The translations under genes were made by a program, and so were the position numbers. This document shows, piece after piece, positions 50,191 through 61,708 of a stretch of DNA of 64,000 bases. How positions within the stretch are numbered: the first letter of the stretch is position 1; every line of letters starts with the position of its first letter. Location: positions 733 to 64,732 of the forward strand of contig CAZQXN010000008.1 in assembly GCA_964597545.1 (NCBI GenBank). The letters run 5' to 3'. The notes under the pieces were generated by a model, which made no database searches, was not told the origin of the DNA, and worked only from the letters and a program-made list of their open reading frames with translations. The DNA comes from an uncultured Planctomycetia bacterium (GTDB lineage: Bacteria; Omnitrophota; Gorgyraeia; 1-14-0-20-64-10).

Positions 50191-50896
50191 AGCGGTGCTC
50201 AAGACCCAGGGCATTCTTTTGAGGCGCCAGGAGATTCGTGAGACCAGCCTCATTGTGATTGCCTTCACGCGTGATCTGGGCAAGGTTCATGGATTGCTCA
50301 AGGGGGTTCGTGGAATGCAGGTGGCGGTCCCTTGGTATTTGGAGCCCTTGACCCTTCAGGCCATGGTGCTCTATGAGCGCAAGCGAACTGCTCTCTCACT
50401 GATTTCTCACTGCGATTTGCTGGATGGTTTTGATGGAATTCGCCGGGATTTTGCGCGCACTGCCTTTGCCCTTTTTTGTCTGGATTGGGTGGATGCCATG
50501 ACCGAGGTCAAAGATCCCCACCCTGAGATCTTTGATCTTCTGCTCAATACCCTTAAATCTCTGGAGGGGGGCGCTGAGCCTAAATCGATGGTTCGCTTCC
50601 TTGAGGTTCAGCTGCTGAAGGCCAGCGGTCTTCTCCCTCAACCGGAGAATCTGACACTCTCACCGGGTGCCCGCCTTTCTCTGAAGCAGATTCTTGAAAC
50701 ACCCTTAGCGCAAATGGATCGGTTGAGGCTTTCTCGTGCAGTGGAAGGAGAGATCAACACAATGACGCAGAATCTTCAGCGGCGTGCGGTAGGCCGAGAG
50801 CTCAAGAGCAGAACCTTTCTCCATCAGCTTGGATTGGAGGGCGCGGTCTCCGCAGCGCCTGCGCCTACTCGTGAGGTTGTCCATGCAGCGGCGTAG
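50165..50896 (+). CDS. recO: DNA repair protein RecO
   Basis: TQGILLR...ETSLIV..FT...GKV..KGVR OB fold; conserved ybeY-recO-glyQS context; start approximate. Confidence 0.85.
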   Translation: MHRPKEVAKAVLKTQGILLRRQEIRETSLIVIAFTRDLGKVHGLLKGVRGMQVAVPWYLEPLTLQAMVLYERKRTALSLISHCDLLDGFDGIRRDFARTAFALFCLDWVDAMTEVKDPHPEIFDLLLNTLKSLEGGAEPKSMVRFLEVQLLKASGLLPQPENLTLSPGARLSLKQILETPLAQMDRLRLSRAVEGEINTMTQNLQRRAVGRELKSRTFLHQLGLEGAVSAAPAPTREVVHAAA

Positions 50897-51764
50897 CGTT
50901 ACGAAAGGTAAGCGGGCCGACACCTTTCAAGAGCTGATCCTGCGCTTGGAGCGGTTCTGGGCTGATCAAGGTTGTTTGATTGCCCAACCCTTGGAGCTGG
51001 AGATGGGGGCCGGCACCTTTCATCCCCTCACCTTCTTTAAGGCGTTGGGGCCCGATCCCTGGTCGGTTGCCTTTGTCCAGCCCTCCCGCCGACCGACCGA
51101 CGGCCGATACGCAGACAATCCCCTTAGGGCTCAGCGCTATTATCAGTATCAAGTGATCTTAAAGCCCTCTCCGGCCAACGTCCAACAGATCTATCTCAAC
51201 AGCCTCACCCACCTTGGCATTGATCTGAAAGCCCATGATGTACGGTTTGTGCAGGATGACTGGGAGTCGCCCACGCTGGGCGCATGGGGGCTCGGCTGGG
51301 AGGTGTGGCTCGACGGTTTGGAGGTGACACAGTTTACCTACTTCCAGCAGGTTGGCGGCATTGAGCTGGATGTGGTCTCGGCGGAGCTGACCTATGGGCT
51401 TGAGCGCATCGCCATGTTCCTGCAGGGGAAGATGGATCTCTATGCCTTGGCTTGGAACAAACAACACACCTACGGCGATATTCACCGGCAGGAGGAAATT
51501 GAAAGCTCAACCTATAACTTCGAGCATGCCGACACCACCCTGGAGCGCCGGCATTTCGAGGAGGCCTTTGATCAATCCAAGAAACTGCTGGAAGCCGGAC
51601 TCCTTTCCCCGGCGTACGAGCAGCTCTTGAAAACCTCTCATGCCTTTAACCTGTTGGATGCGCGCGGGGCGGTCAGCCAGAGTGAGCGGCCGAGCTTGAT
51701 TGCCGGTGTGCGCGCCTTAGCCAAGCAGTGTGCCGAAAACTATCTGGAGCGGGTGAAGCGATGA
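50883..51764 (+). CDS. glyQ: Glycine--tRNA ligase alpha subunit
   Basis: [39 protein letters not shown]. Confidence 0.97.
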   Translation: MQRRSVTKGKRADTFQELILRLERFWADQGCLIAQPLELEMGAGTFHPLTFFKALGPDPWSVAFVQPSRRPTDGRYADNPLRAQRYYQYQVILKPSPANVQQIYLNSLTHLGIDLKAHDVRFVQDDWESPTLGAWGLGWEVWLDGLEVTQFTYFQQVGGIELDVVSAELTYGLERIAMFLQGKMDLYALAWNKQHTYGDIHRQEEIESSTYNFEHADTTLERRHFEEAFDQSKKLLEAGLLSPAYEQLLKTSHAFNLLDARGAVSQSERPSLIAGVRALAKQCAENYLERVKR

Positions 51765-53974
51765 CGCTCTCAGCCCCCAAGGACTTCTTGCTTGAGATCG
51801 GCTGCGAGGAGTTGCCGGCCGATTACTTGCCAGAGATTCTCCACGAGAACATTGCGCCAGGTCGAGGATTGGCGTCTGTGGCTGCCGGCATCTTGCAGAA
51901 GAAAAGAATCGTCTTTAAGCGCATCACCGTTTATGGCACCCCACGACGACTGGTTCTTTACGTATGCGGGGTTGAGCCGGTGGTGCGCCAAGAGGAAGAG
52001 GGCCCTCCGGTCCAGGTGGCCTTCGACAAGGTTGGAAAACCCACCGCTGCTGCATTGGGCTTTGCCAAGAAGCAGGGGGTTTCAATTTCTAAGCTCAAGC
52101 GCAAGAAGAGTGCGCGCGGCGAGCGCCTGGTCCTCGATCGGGTGATTCCCACTGCACAGGTCTTAGCCGCAGCAGTTCCGGATGTCATTGAGGCCATCCC
52201 CTCCCCTAAAACCATGCGCTGGGAAAACTCAGGCGTACGCTTTGCCCGTCCGATTCGTTGGTTGTTGGCCCTCTATGGTACGCAATCCATTCCTTGTGTT
52301 TTTGCAGATATCAAGAGTGGAAAAACCAGCTTTGTTCCCGATCGCTTCACGGGTCGGGCGATACCGGTAGGATCGGCTTCAAGCTACTTTTCGGCGATCC
52401 GCCAGCAAAAGGTTCAGCTTGAAACGGGAGCTACCCTCCAGGCGTCTGAGGGTCTGCCTAAAGTGATTCCTTCGGTTTGCCCCAAAGAAAAGGCGTTGCT
52501 GGCCGGTTTGAAGGCGGCCGCCAAGAAGGCCGGTGGGCACCTCCCAGATGAGAAAACTGAGGAATTTCAGTGGCTCCTCTCCACCTTGACCTTCTTGGCC
52601 GAAGACCCTCACGTGCAGGCAGGCGTTTTCCGAAAAGAGTATCTCGCGCTTCCCTCTGAGGTGCTCGCCACCGCGATGGCAAAACACTTGAAGCTCATGA
52701 GTGTCGTCTCACCCAGCGGCAAACTCTTGCCTAAGTTTCTGGCGGTCCTGGAAGGCAAGCCCAGCACTCCGGCTCGGATCATCTCCAATTACGAGAAGGT
52801 CTTGGAGGCCCGCTTTTCCGACGCACAGTTCTTTTATCGCGAAGACAGCCGATCGAAATTAGCAGACCGGGTCTCGGTGTTGGATCAGGTGGTCTTTCAT
52901 AAGGAGCTGGGATCCGTCGGCGAACGGATCCCGCGCCTCATTCGCTTGAGCGAGCAGATTGCACAGCAGGCCAAGCTCTCCCCGGAGACCACCGCCCAGA
53001 TTCGAAAAGCAGCGAAATTGGCCAAGGCCGATCTGGCGACACAGATGGTTCGGGAGTTTCCCTCCCTCCAGGGGGTTATCGGCGGGCTCTACGCACGGGA
53101 GGCCGGTGAGGCTCAAGCAGTGGCTGCCGGCATTGCTGAGCATTACGCTCCGCGTACCGCGAGTGATACCATGCCTGTAACCCCAGTAGGGGTGGTGATC
53201 AGCCTTGCCGATCGCATCGATACCCTCTTGGGTTTCTTTGGCGCCGGGATGACCCCAACCGGTTCTCTGGATCCCTATGCCCTCAGGCGTCAGGCCTTGG
53301 GGGTGGTGCGGATCTTAACCGAATCGAAATCGCCAACTTTTGTGGGGCTGTCGATTGACAGACTCTTGGATGAGGGGATACAATCTTGGGGTTCCAAGCT
53401 TCACCCTCCACAAGACGTTAAGCGCCAGCTTCACGCCTTCCTTCAAGAGCGTTTCGAGTGGCTGGCCTCCGCGCGCGACCGGGTTGAGCGCCCGTTGATT
53501 CGCTGCGTACTTTCGTCCAGCAGTGACGATCTGGCCGATGCGTGGGAACGGCTTGCCATCCTTCGCCAGCTTTGGGCCCATCCGGCCAAACGGACCCAGC
53601 TCATCAAGGCCGCGAAAGTGGCTGAACGGACAAGCCGCATTGTCCGCAGCCAAAAAGAGGCCCAGGAACTGGGAGCGGCAGATCCCAGCAAATTGAAAGA
53701 CGCTGCAGAAAAAGAGCTTTGGTCGCTGTGGGAGCGCGTATCTCCACAGCTTAAAACGCAGATTCAAGACCGCCGGTATGAAGAGGGGACTCGGGTGTAC
53801 GCAACGCTTTACCCGGCCCTCCACACCTTCTTTGATTCTGTGATGGTCATGGATGAGGATCCGGCGCTCCGGCGCAACCGGTTGAGCCTCATGAATGAGA
53901 TTCATCAAGCACTGGCAGGCCGCTTTGCGGATCTGTCCGAGCTGCCACTTTCCGGTATCGAGATCACCGAATAG
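51761..53974 (+). CDS. glyS: Glycine--tRNA ligase beta subunit
   Basis: [18 protein letters not shown]...FARPIRW, EFPSLQG, DPYALRR, FFD.VMVM..NRL. Confidence 0.96.
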   Translation: MTLSAPKDFLLEIGCEELPADYLPEILHENIAPGRGLASVAAGILQKKRIVFKRITVYGTPRRLVLYVCGVEPVVRQEEEGPPVQVAFDKVGKPTAAALGFAKKQGVSISKLKRKKSARGERLVLDRVIPTAQVLAAAVPDVIEAIPSPKTMRWENSGVRFARPIRWLLALYGTQSIPCVFADIKSGKTSFVPDRFTGRAIPVGSASSYFSAIRQQKVQLETGATLQASEGLPKVIPSVCPKEKALLAGLKAAAKKAGGHLPDEKTEEFQWLLSTLTFLAEDPHVQAGVFRKEYLALPSEVLATAMAKHLKLMSVVSPSGKLLPKFLAVLEGKPSTPARIISNYEKVLEARFSDAQFFYREDSRSKLADRVSVLDQVVFHKELGSVGERIPRLIRLSEQIAQQAKLSPETTAQIRKAAKLAKADLATQMVREFPSLQGVIGGLYAREAGEAQAVAAGIAEHYAPRTASDTMPVTPVGVVISLADRIDTLLGFFGAGMTPTGSLDPYALRRQALGVVRILTESKSPTFVGLSIDRLLDEGIQSWGSKLHPPQDVKRQLHAFLQERFEWLASARDRVERPLIRCVLSSSSDDLADAWERLAILRQLWAHPAKRTQLIKAAKVAERTSRIVRSQKEAQELGAADPSKLKDAAEKELWSLWERVSPQLKTQIQDRRYEEGTRVYATLYPALHTFFDSVMVMDEDPALRRNRLSLMNEIHQALAGRFADLSELPLSGIEITE

Positions 53975-53985
53975 AAAGGAAACTG

Positions 53986-56670
<2,685 letters not shown>

Positions 56671-56675
56671 AACCT

Positions 56676-57515
56676 ATGTCTGACCCGCTGCGGTTGTACC
56701 TAAAAGACATCAAGGATATTCCGCTCTTGACCCCCGAAGAGGAGATATCCCTCTCCAAGCGTGTTCACAAGGGGGACTCAAAAGCCCGACACCAGATGAT
56801 TCGCTCGAACTTAAGGCTTGTCATCAACATTGCCAAGCGGTACAGCCGCCTGGGCCTTCCGATCTCGGATTTGATTGAAGAGGGGAACTTAGGGCTCATG
56901 CGGGCGGTCTCAAAGTTCAACCCGGGAAAGGGATTTCGCTTCTCCACCTATGCGGCTTGGTGGATCAAACAGTACGTGCTTCGGGCCATCGCCAACCAGG
57001 GCAAGACCATCCGCATCCCGGTTTACATGGTGGACATCATCTCCAAGTACCGCAAGGTGACCGAGAAACTCAACCAGAAGCTCGGACGCAGGCCCACCGT
57101 CGGAGAAACCGCCCGCTCCATGAAACTTCCGGTCAAGAAGGTTCGAGAGATCGAGCAGGTCTTGCTGCAACCGACCTCGCTGGATGCTCCGATCGGCGAG
57201 GAGGGCAACGCCGAGTTCATTGACCTGGTCGACCGCAACGCCGGCGGTTTGCCTCCCAGGGATGAACTTGCCGAGCTGCTGACCCGCGAGCAGGTGGAGG
57301 ATCTCTTAAGCCGCCTGACCGATCGAGAGCGGGATGTTCTCTCCTTCCGGTATGGACTGAAGGACGGCATGACCTATACCTTAGGAGAGACCGCAAAGCA
57401 TTTGGGAATCACCCGAGAGCGGGTTCGACAGATTCAAAACTCCGCCGAGAAGAAACTCAACAACTTTTTGGCCGCTCAAGAAGAGCAGATGGCCAAGGAG
57501 GGAAAGCGAGCTTGA
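56676..57515 (+). CDS. sigma-70 family RNA polymerase sigma factor (RpoD/RpoS-like, no region 1.1)
   Basis: DPLRLYL, NLRLV..IAK, DLIEEGNLGL, FSTYAAWWI, TRERVRQI. Confidence 0.93.
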   Translation: MSDPLRLYLKDIKDIPLLTPEEEISLSKRVHKGDSKARHQMIRSNLRLVINIAKRYSRLGLPISDLIEEGNLGLMRAVSKFNPGKGFRFSTYAAWWIKQYVLRAIANQGKTIRIPVYMVDIISKYRKVTEKLNQKLGRRPTVGETARSMKLPVKKVREIEQVLLQPTSLDAPIGEEGNAEFIDLVDRNAGGLPPRDELAELLTREQVEDLLSRLTDRERDVLSFRYGLKDGMTYTLGETAKHLGITRERVRQIQNSAEKKLNNFLAAQEEQMAKEGKRA

Positions 57516-58051
57516 AAGTGCAGATCAATCTTAAAGATTTTGTTCGAGATGTTCCGGACTTCCCCAAGCCCGGCATTGTTTTCAAGGATTTGACCCCGCT
57601 CTGGCAGGATCCGGCCGCTTTCGGCGCGATGGTAGAGCAGCTTGCCGAGCCCTACCGGGAAAAACAGGTTCAGACGATCGTCGGCATTGAATCCAGGGGC
57701 CTCATCTTGGGAGCCGCGCTGGCCTCTGCTTTAAACACGGGGCTTGTTCCGGTCCGCAAGGAAGGCAAGCTTCCCTGGAAGACCGTCAAGGCTTCCTATT
57801 CCTTGGAATACGGGGAAGCGACCACCGAGCTCCATCAGGATGCAATTGCCCCCGGCACTCGCGCTTTGATTGTTGACGACCTGCTGGCAACCGGCGGCAC
57901 TGCCGAAGCAGCCATCCAGTTGGTTCAAAAGCTTAAAGGGCAGATTCTCGGCGTCACCTTCTTGGTGGAGCTGGGTTTCCTTAAAGGGAGAGAGCGCCTC
58001 AAGCAGTATGGCGTTGACATCCGCTCCTTGATCCAATACGACACCCCGTAA
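57512..58051 (+). CDS. apt: Adenine phosphoribosyltransferase
   Basis: PDFPKPGIVFKD, RKEGKLP, Y.LEYG, VDDLLATGGT. Confidence 0.96.
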   Translation: MKVQINLKDFVRDVPDFPKPGIVFKDLTPLWQDPAAFGAMVEQLAEPYREKQVQTIVGIESRGLILGAALASALNTGLVPVRKEGKLPWKTVKASYSLEYGEATTELHQDAIAPGTRALIVDDLLATGGTAEAAIQLVQKLKGQILGVTFLVELGFLKGRERLKQYGVDIRSLIQYDTP

Positions 58052-58052
58052 C

Positions 58053-58165
58053 TTGTACGAAGGGGTCAGACCCTTTCGTACAAAAGTGCGCAAAACTATA
58101 TAAAAGGGTCAGGCACTTTTTGGCCCTCTCCTGGAGCTTCGCCGGCCAAAAGTGCCAGACCCTCT
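58053..58165. repeat. Two GGGTC..GACCC palindromic repeats between apt and tRNA-Arg
   Basis: TTGTACGAAGGGGTC-A-GACCCTTTCGTACAA and AAAAGGGTCAGGCACTTTTTGGCC..GGCCAAAAGTGCCAGACCCT. Confidence 0.82.
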
Positions 58166-58239
58166 GCGCCTGTAGCTCAGATGGATAGAGCACCTCACTC
58201 CTAAGGAGGGTGTCGGCCGTTCGAATCGGCCCAGGCGCG
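58166..58239 (+). tRNA. tRNA-Arg(CCT), island integration site, CCA not encoded
   Basis: GCGCCTG/CAGGCGC acceptor, TAGCTCAG..GGATAGAGC D arm, CTCCTAA loop, GGCCG-TTCGAAT-CGGCC T arm; A31-G39 mismatch. Confidence 0.9.
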
Positions 58240-59679
58240 CTCTTCTTTATCAGGGTCTGTTTGGGACACCAAATCGAAGGGCGAACTGTAGGAAAACAAA
58301 AGGGTTCGGTCATTCAAACGGAAGTTCGAGCCGGCTGATTTCAAAAATTTCCTTAGGGCGGCGGGATTTTCTTGGCCAGCGACGGAACCTGCCTCCGCGC
58401 AAACAGTTAAGAACTCCTTAGCTGGTTCGAGCCACCCACCACCCGTTCTTTCGATCTCGCCAAGCGCCTCCTTCAAATCCTGCTTCTCGCCGAGCAGCTT
58501 GGCCTTCTTACGCTGGTACTCCTCCGGGTCGATCTGGCGGGCGATGTAAAGATCCAGCAGGCGCTCCATCTTCTCGTCGCACGCCTTAAGTTGATCGGCA
58601 ATCCGGCGAGATCGAGAGATTGAGGCGCTGCTGGCTTCCTTGGCCTGGGATTCCCACTGCGCGAGGATTTTCTCCTTTGTTTCAACGCTGATCGCTACCC
58701 TCAAGATGGCCCACTTCACCTGGTCCAGTAGCGCCTCCTCTCGAAGAAACTTCTGAGAACAGGGGCCCTTCTTGCGGGTACAGCGGTAGTAAACCAAGCG
58801 CTTCTTCTGGATCTCGGCGGTGATCATAGAGCCGCACTCAGCGCAGCGCATGAAGCCGACAAAGGTGAACTTCACCCTGCCGCGCTTGTGGGATCTTCGC
58901 TGCTGCGCCAGCACCTGCTGCACCCGATCGAACAGTTTCTTCGAGATAAGAGGGGGGTGGCTGCCTTCATACAGCTCACCCTTGAACAGCATGGTGCCGT
59001 AATAAAAGGGATTCCTTAAGGTGTCTGCGACCGCGCTCTTGTGGACAGGCTTGCCCGTTCTGCCGGTCAGGCCCCAGCGCAGCGCCTCGCGTAAGATCTC
59101 CTGAAGGGAGTATTCGCCTGAGGCGTATACCTCAAAAATCTTCCTGACCAACACCGCCTTCTCCGGATCAGGCGCGACTGTATGGTTCTTGTAGTCGTGC
59201 ACATACCCCATGGGCGCTGCGCACGGCCACTCCCCGCGCCTCAACTTCGCCCGGAAGCCACGCCTGACGTTCTCGGCCAAATTATCCACGTAATACTTCG
59301 ACTGGCCGAAGGCGATGGATAGCATGAACTTGCCCTGGGCGGTGTTGTCGTAGCGATAGGTAGGGAACTTAAGAGCCAGCAGTTTGCCCGTATCCAGCAA
59401 GTAGATGATCCGCCCGCCGTCCACAGAATTACGGGCAAGCCTGTCTGGATGCCATGCCAGCACTCCTTGGGCTTTTCCTTGCTCGATCTGCTCCATCATC
59501 AAATTGAAGACCGGCCGGCCCGGCTCCTTGGCTGTCTTGGCCTCCACAAACTCCTCGACTACAGCCAACCCTTCATGCCGGGCGAGCTGCTTCAGCTCGC
59601 ACAACTGCGACTCGAGCGACAAAACCTGCCGGTCTTCCTCGTCCGTGGATTTCCTGGCGTAAAGAAAGTAAGCTGGCAT
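58201..59679 (-). CDS. Large serine recombinase (resolvase + recombinase + zinc ribbon + coiled coil), 492 aa, ending antisense inside tRNA-Arg
   Basis: YARKS catalytic motif, DRLARN, LRNPFYYG, HPPLIS, CAECG..YYRC; GGAGGG RBS before ATG 59679. Confidence 0.93.
   Translation of the reverse strand: MPAYFLYARKSTDEEDRQVLSLESQLCELKQLARHEGLAVVEEFVEAKTAKEPGRPVFNLMMEQIEQGKAQGVLAWHPDRLARNSVDGGRIIYLLDTGKLLALKFPTYRYDNTAQGKFMLSIAFGQSKYYVDNLAENVRRGFRAKLRRGEWPCAAPMGYVHDYKNHTVAPDPEKAVLVRKIFEVYASGEYSLQEILREALRWGLTGRTGKPVHKSAVADTLRNPFYYGTMLFKGELYEGSHPPLISKKLFDRVQQVLAQQRRSHKRGRVKFTFVGFMRCAECGSMITAEIQKKRLVYYRCTRKKGPCSQKFLREEALLDQVKWAILRVAISVETKEKILAQWESQAKEASSASISRSRRIADQLKACDEKMERLLDLYIARQIDPEEYQRKKAKLLGEKQDLKEALGEIERTGGGWLEPAKEFLTVCAEAGSVAGQENPAALRKFLKSAGSNFRLNDRTLLFSYSSPFDLVSQTDPDKEERAWADSNGRHPP
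58237..58373. repeat. Left arm of a perfect 137-bp inverted repeat
   Basis: Base-by-base reverse complement of 59770-59906. Confidence 0.95.
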
Positions 59680-59694
59680 GGCATCCCTCCACTG

Positions 59695-59719
59695 TGTCAT
59701 CCCCGCGGAAGCGGGGATC
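59695..59719. repeat. Single GTCATCC-type REP unit just upstream of the recombinase RBS
   Basis: TGTCATCCCCGCGGAAGCGGGGATC. Confidence 0.8.
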
Positions 59720-59769
59720 GTTCCGTCGCTGGCCGAGGATCCAAAGGAGACTGACCGCCGGCAGGCGGG

Positions 59770-59906
59770 AAGAAAATCCCGCCGCCCTAAGGAAATTTTT
59801 GAAATCAGCCGGCTCGAACTTCCGTTTGAATGACCGAACCCTTTTGTTTTCCTACAGTTCGCCCTTCGATTTGGTGTCCCAAACAGACCCTGATAAAGAA
59901 GAGCGC
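59770..59906. repeat. Right arm of the 137-bp inverted repeat, continuing as an alternative recombinase 3' end to TAA at 59990
   Basis: + strand frame reads ENPAALRKFLK...DKEER (identical to the recombinase) then RLADDVRTYFETLAPGKQDPLLGPNSL*. Confidence 0.95.
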
Positions 59907-60466
59907 CGGCTGGCCGACGATGTTCGAACTTATTTTGAAACACTGGCCCCAGGAAAGCAAGACCCGCTTCTGGGCCCCAACAGTCTATAACCCCGCGCCC
60001 TCCTGCCCGCCCCGCCTATTTACCCCTGCCAGGGGCGGGGTCGGGCGCGATGAGGAGTGGCCGCTTGGCCGCGGCCACAGGCCGCCTTAGGCCAGGCGGC
60101 CTCTAACCGCTCCGCCCGACAGCCCTGTACGGGCTGCCGCTGCCTGTCCCTCCGGCGCCCTTGTTTTACCTGTTTCCTTGGGTTCTTACCGCCCCCCGTC
60201 CCTTCAAGGTCGGCGCCGTTAGGCCGTGCCCCGGACGCGCTTGCCGCCGCCCAAGCGCGATCGGGGCACCGCTTTGTTCTCCTGCCACCCACCTTTTCTC
60301 GGGGAGAAAAGGTGGAGTGATGATAAACAGACCCCCTGCTATTGAGCTAGCAACAAGACAAAAAGAAGCGTAGCAAGTATAATGGTATTGAGCAATCACC
60401 CATCGGTTCTCAGTCGAAGCATAGCAGCGCACATCGCCAATATCAGGGAGCAGGACGAAGCAACCA

Positions 60467-61708
60467 ATGTCAGCGACAGATACAACAACATTAAGGAACG
60501 GAAGAACTCAAGCTGCCATATACGCTACCTCTGATTGTCCGACGGATTCCAAGGAGGTAACTCACAGGACACGCCTTGAAGAGCTCAACCTCAACTGGAG
60601 CGAGAAAGATCTTCCAGAGAAGGAGCGCACTAAACATGTTCATAGGTTGCACCCTTATCTCGGGAAGTTTATCCCACAACTTGTGGAGACTTTTCTAAGA
60701 AAGTATTTTTCGCCAGGCCAAACAGTACTTGATCCCTTTGTGGGATCGGGGACAACGGTTGTGCAAGCTAATGAGTTAGGCATAAACTCCATCGGGTACG
60801 ATGTATCTGCATTCAATAGCCTGCTGTGTCGAGCCAAGACAGCAAGATATGATCCCAATAAAGTGCAACAAGAGGTACTCGACATTCTTGAGAAAGTGCG
60901 GGTGGAAACACAAGAAGATGGACAAGAGAATTTATGGAGAAATCCAAGAAACTCAAAGATTCCCAAAACAGACAATGCGTATCTCAAGCAGTGGTTTGCT
61001 CCTCAATCGCTTCGAGAGCTTTTGACATATCGGTCTTTTATTGATCAGGGGGATTATAGATACAAGGATTTGCTCAAGATCATACTTTCCCGCTCTGCTC
61101 GGTCAGCTCGACTTACTACCCATTTTGATTTGGATTTCCCTAGACAACCACAAACGGAGTCCTACTGGTGTTATAAACATTCCAGAGAATGTACCCCCAC
61201 CACACAGGCTTTTGCATTTCTAAGACGCTATAGCTTAGATTCTCTAGAGCGGATCAGAGACTTTGCTGTTCTTCGCACGAACTCCCATGTTTCCATTCGG
61301 CACGCAGATAGTCGGAGGGCTCACTTCCCGCCCATTGATGGTGTAGTTACCAGTCCTCCGTATGTGGGGTTGATCGATTATCACGAGCAACATGCTTATG
61401 CGTACCATCTATTGGGACTAAAAGACAAACGTAGCATGGAGATTGGGCCCGCGGCGAATGGGTCGAGCCAGAAGGCGAAAGATCAGTATCAGAAAGATAT
61501 TGGCGAAGTATTCAGCCATGCCGCCAAAGCTATGCCTTCCGGTGGGCGCATGATTGTTGTGGCAGGCGATCGAGCTAACCTATACGGAGAAATAGCCAAA
61601 CTAGCAAGCGTAGAGATTGAGACCGTTGTTCGGCGACATGTGAACCGGCGAACAGGTCGCCGAGCCAACGAGTTTTACGAATCGGTTTTCATCTGGCGAA
61701 AGAGATGA
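60467..61708 (+). CDS. Amino-DNA methyltransferase, probably N4-cytosine, alpha arrangement
   Basis: HPYLGKF.PQL, DPFVGSGTT (SAM motif I) N-terminal to VTSPPY (motif IV). Confidence 0.9.
   Translation: MSATDTTTLRNGRTQAAIYATSDCPTDSKEVTHRTRLEELNLNWSEKDLPEKERTKHVHRLHPYLGKFIPQLVETFLRKYFSPGQTVLDPFVGSGTTVVQANELGINSIGYDVSAFNSLLCRAKTARYDPNKVQQEVLDILEKVRVETQEDGQENLWRNPRNSKIPKTDNAYLKQWFAPQSLRELLTYRSFIDQGDYRYKDLLKIILSRSARSARLTTHFDLDFPRQPQTESYWCYKHSRECTPTTQAFAFLRRYSLDSLERIRDFAVLRTNSHVSIRHADSRRAHFPPIDGVVTSPPYVGLIDYHEQHAYAYHLLGLKDKRSMEIGPAANGSSQKAKDQYQKDIGEVFSHAAKAMPSGGRMIVVAGDRANLYGEIAKLASVEIETVVRRHVNRRTGRRANEFYESVFIWRKR

Noticed and set aside
59680-59943. 88-aa N-terminal extension of the recombinase shown in the ORF track
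   Set aside because: Derived from the inverted repeat and REP; the catalytic YARKS motif and a GGAGGG RBS place the start at 59679.
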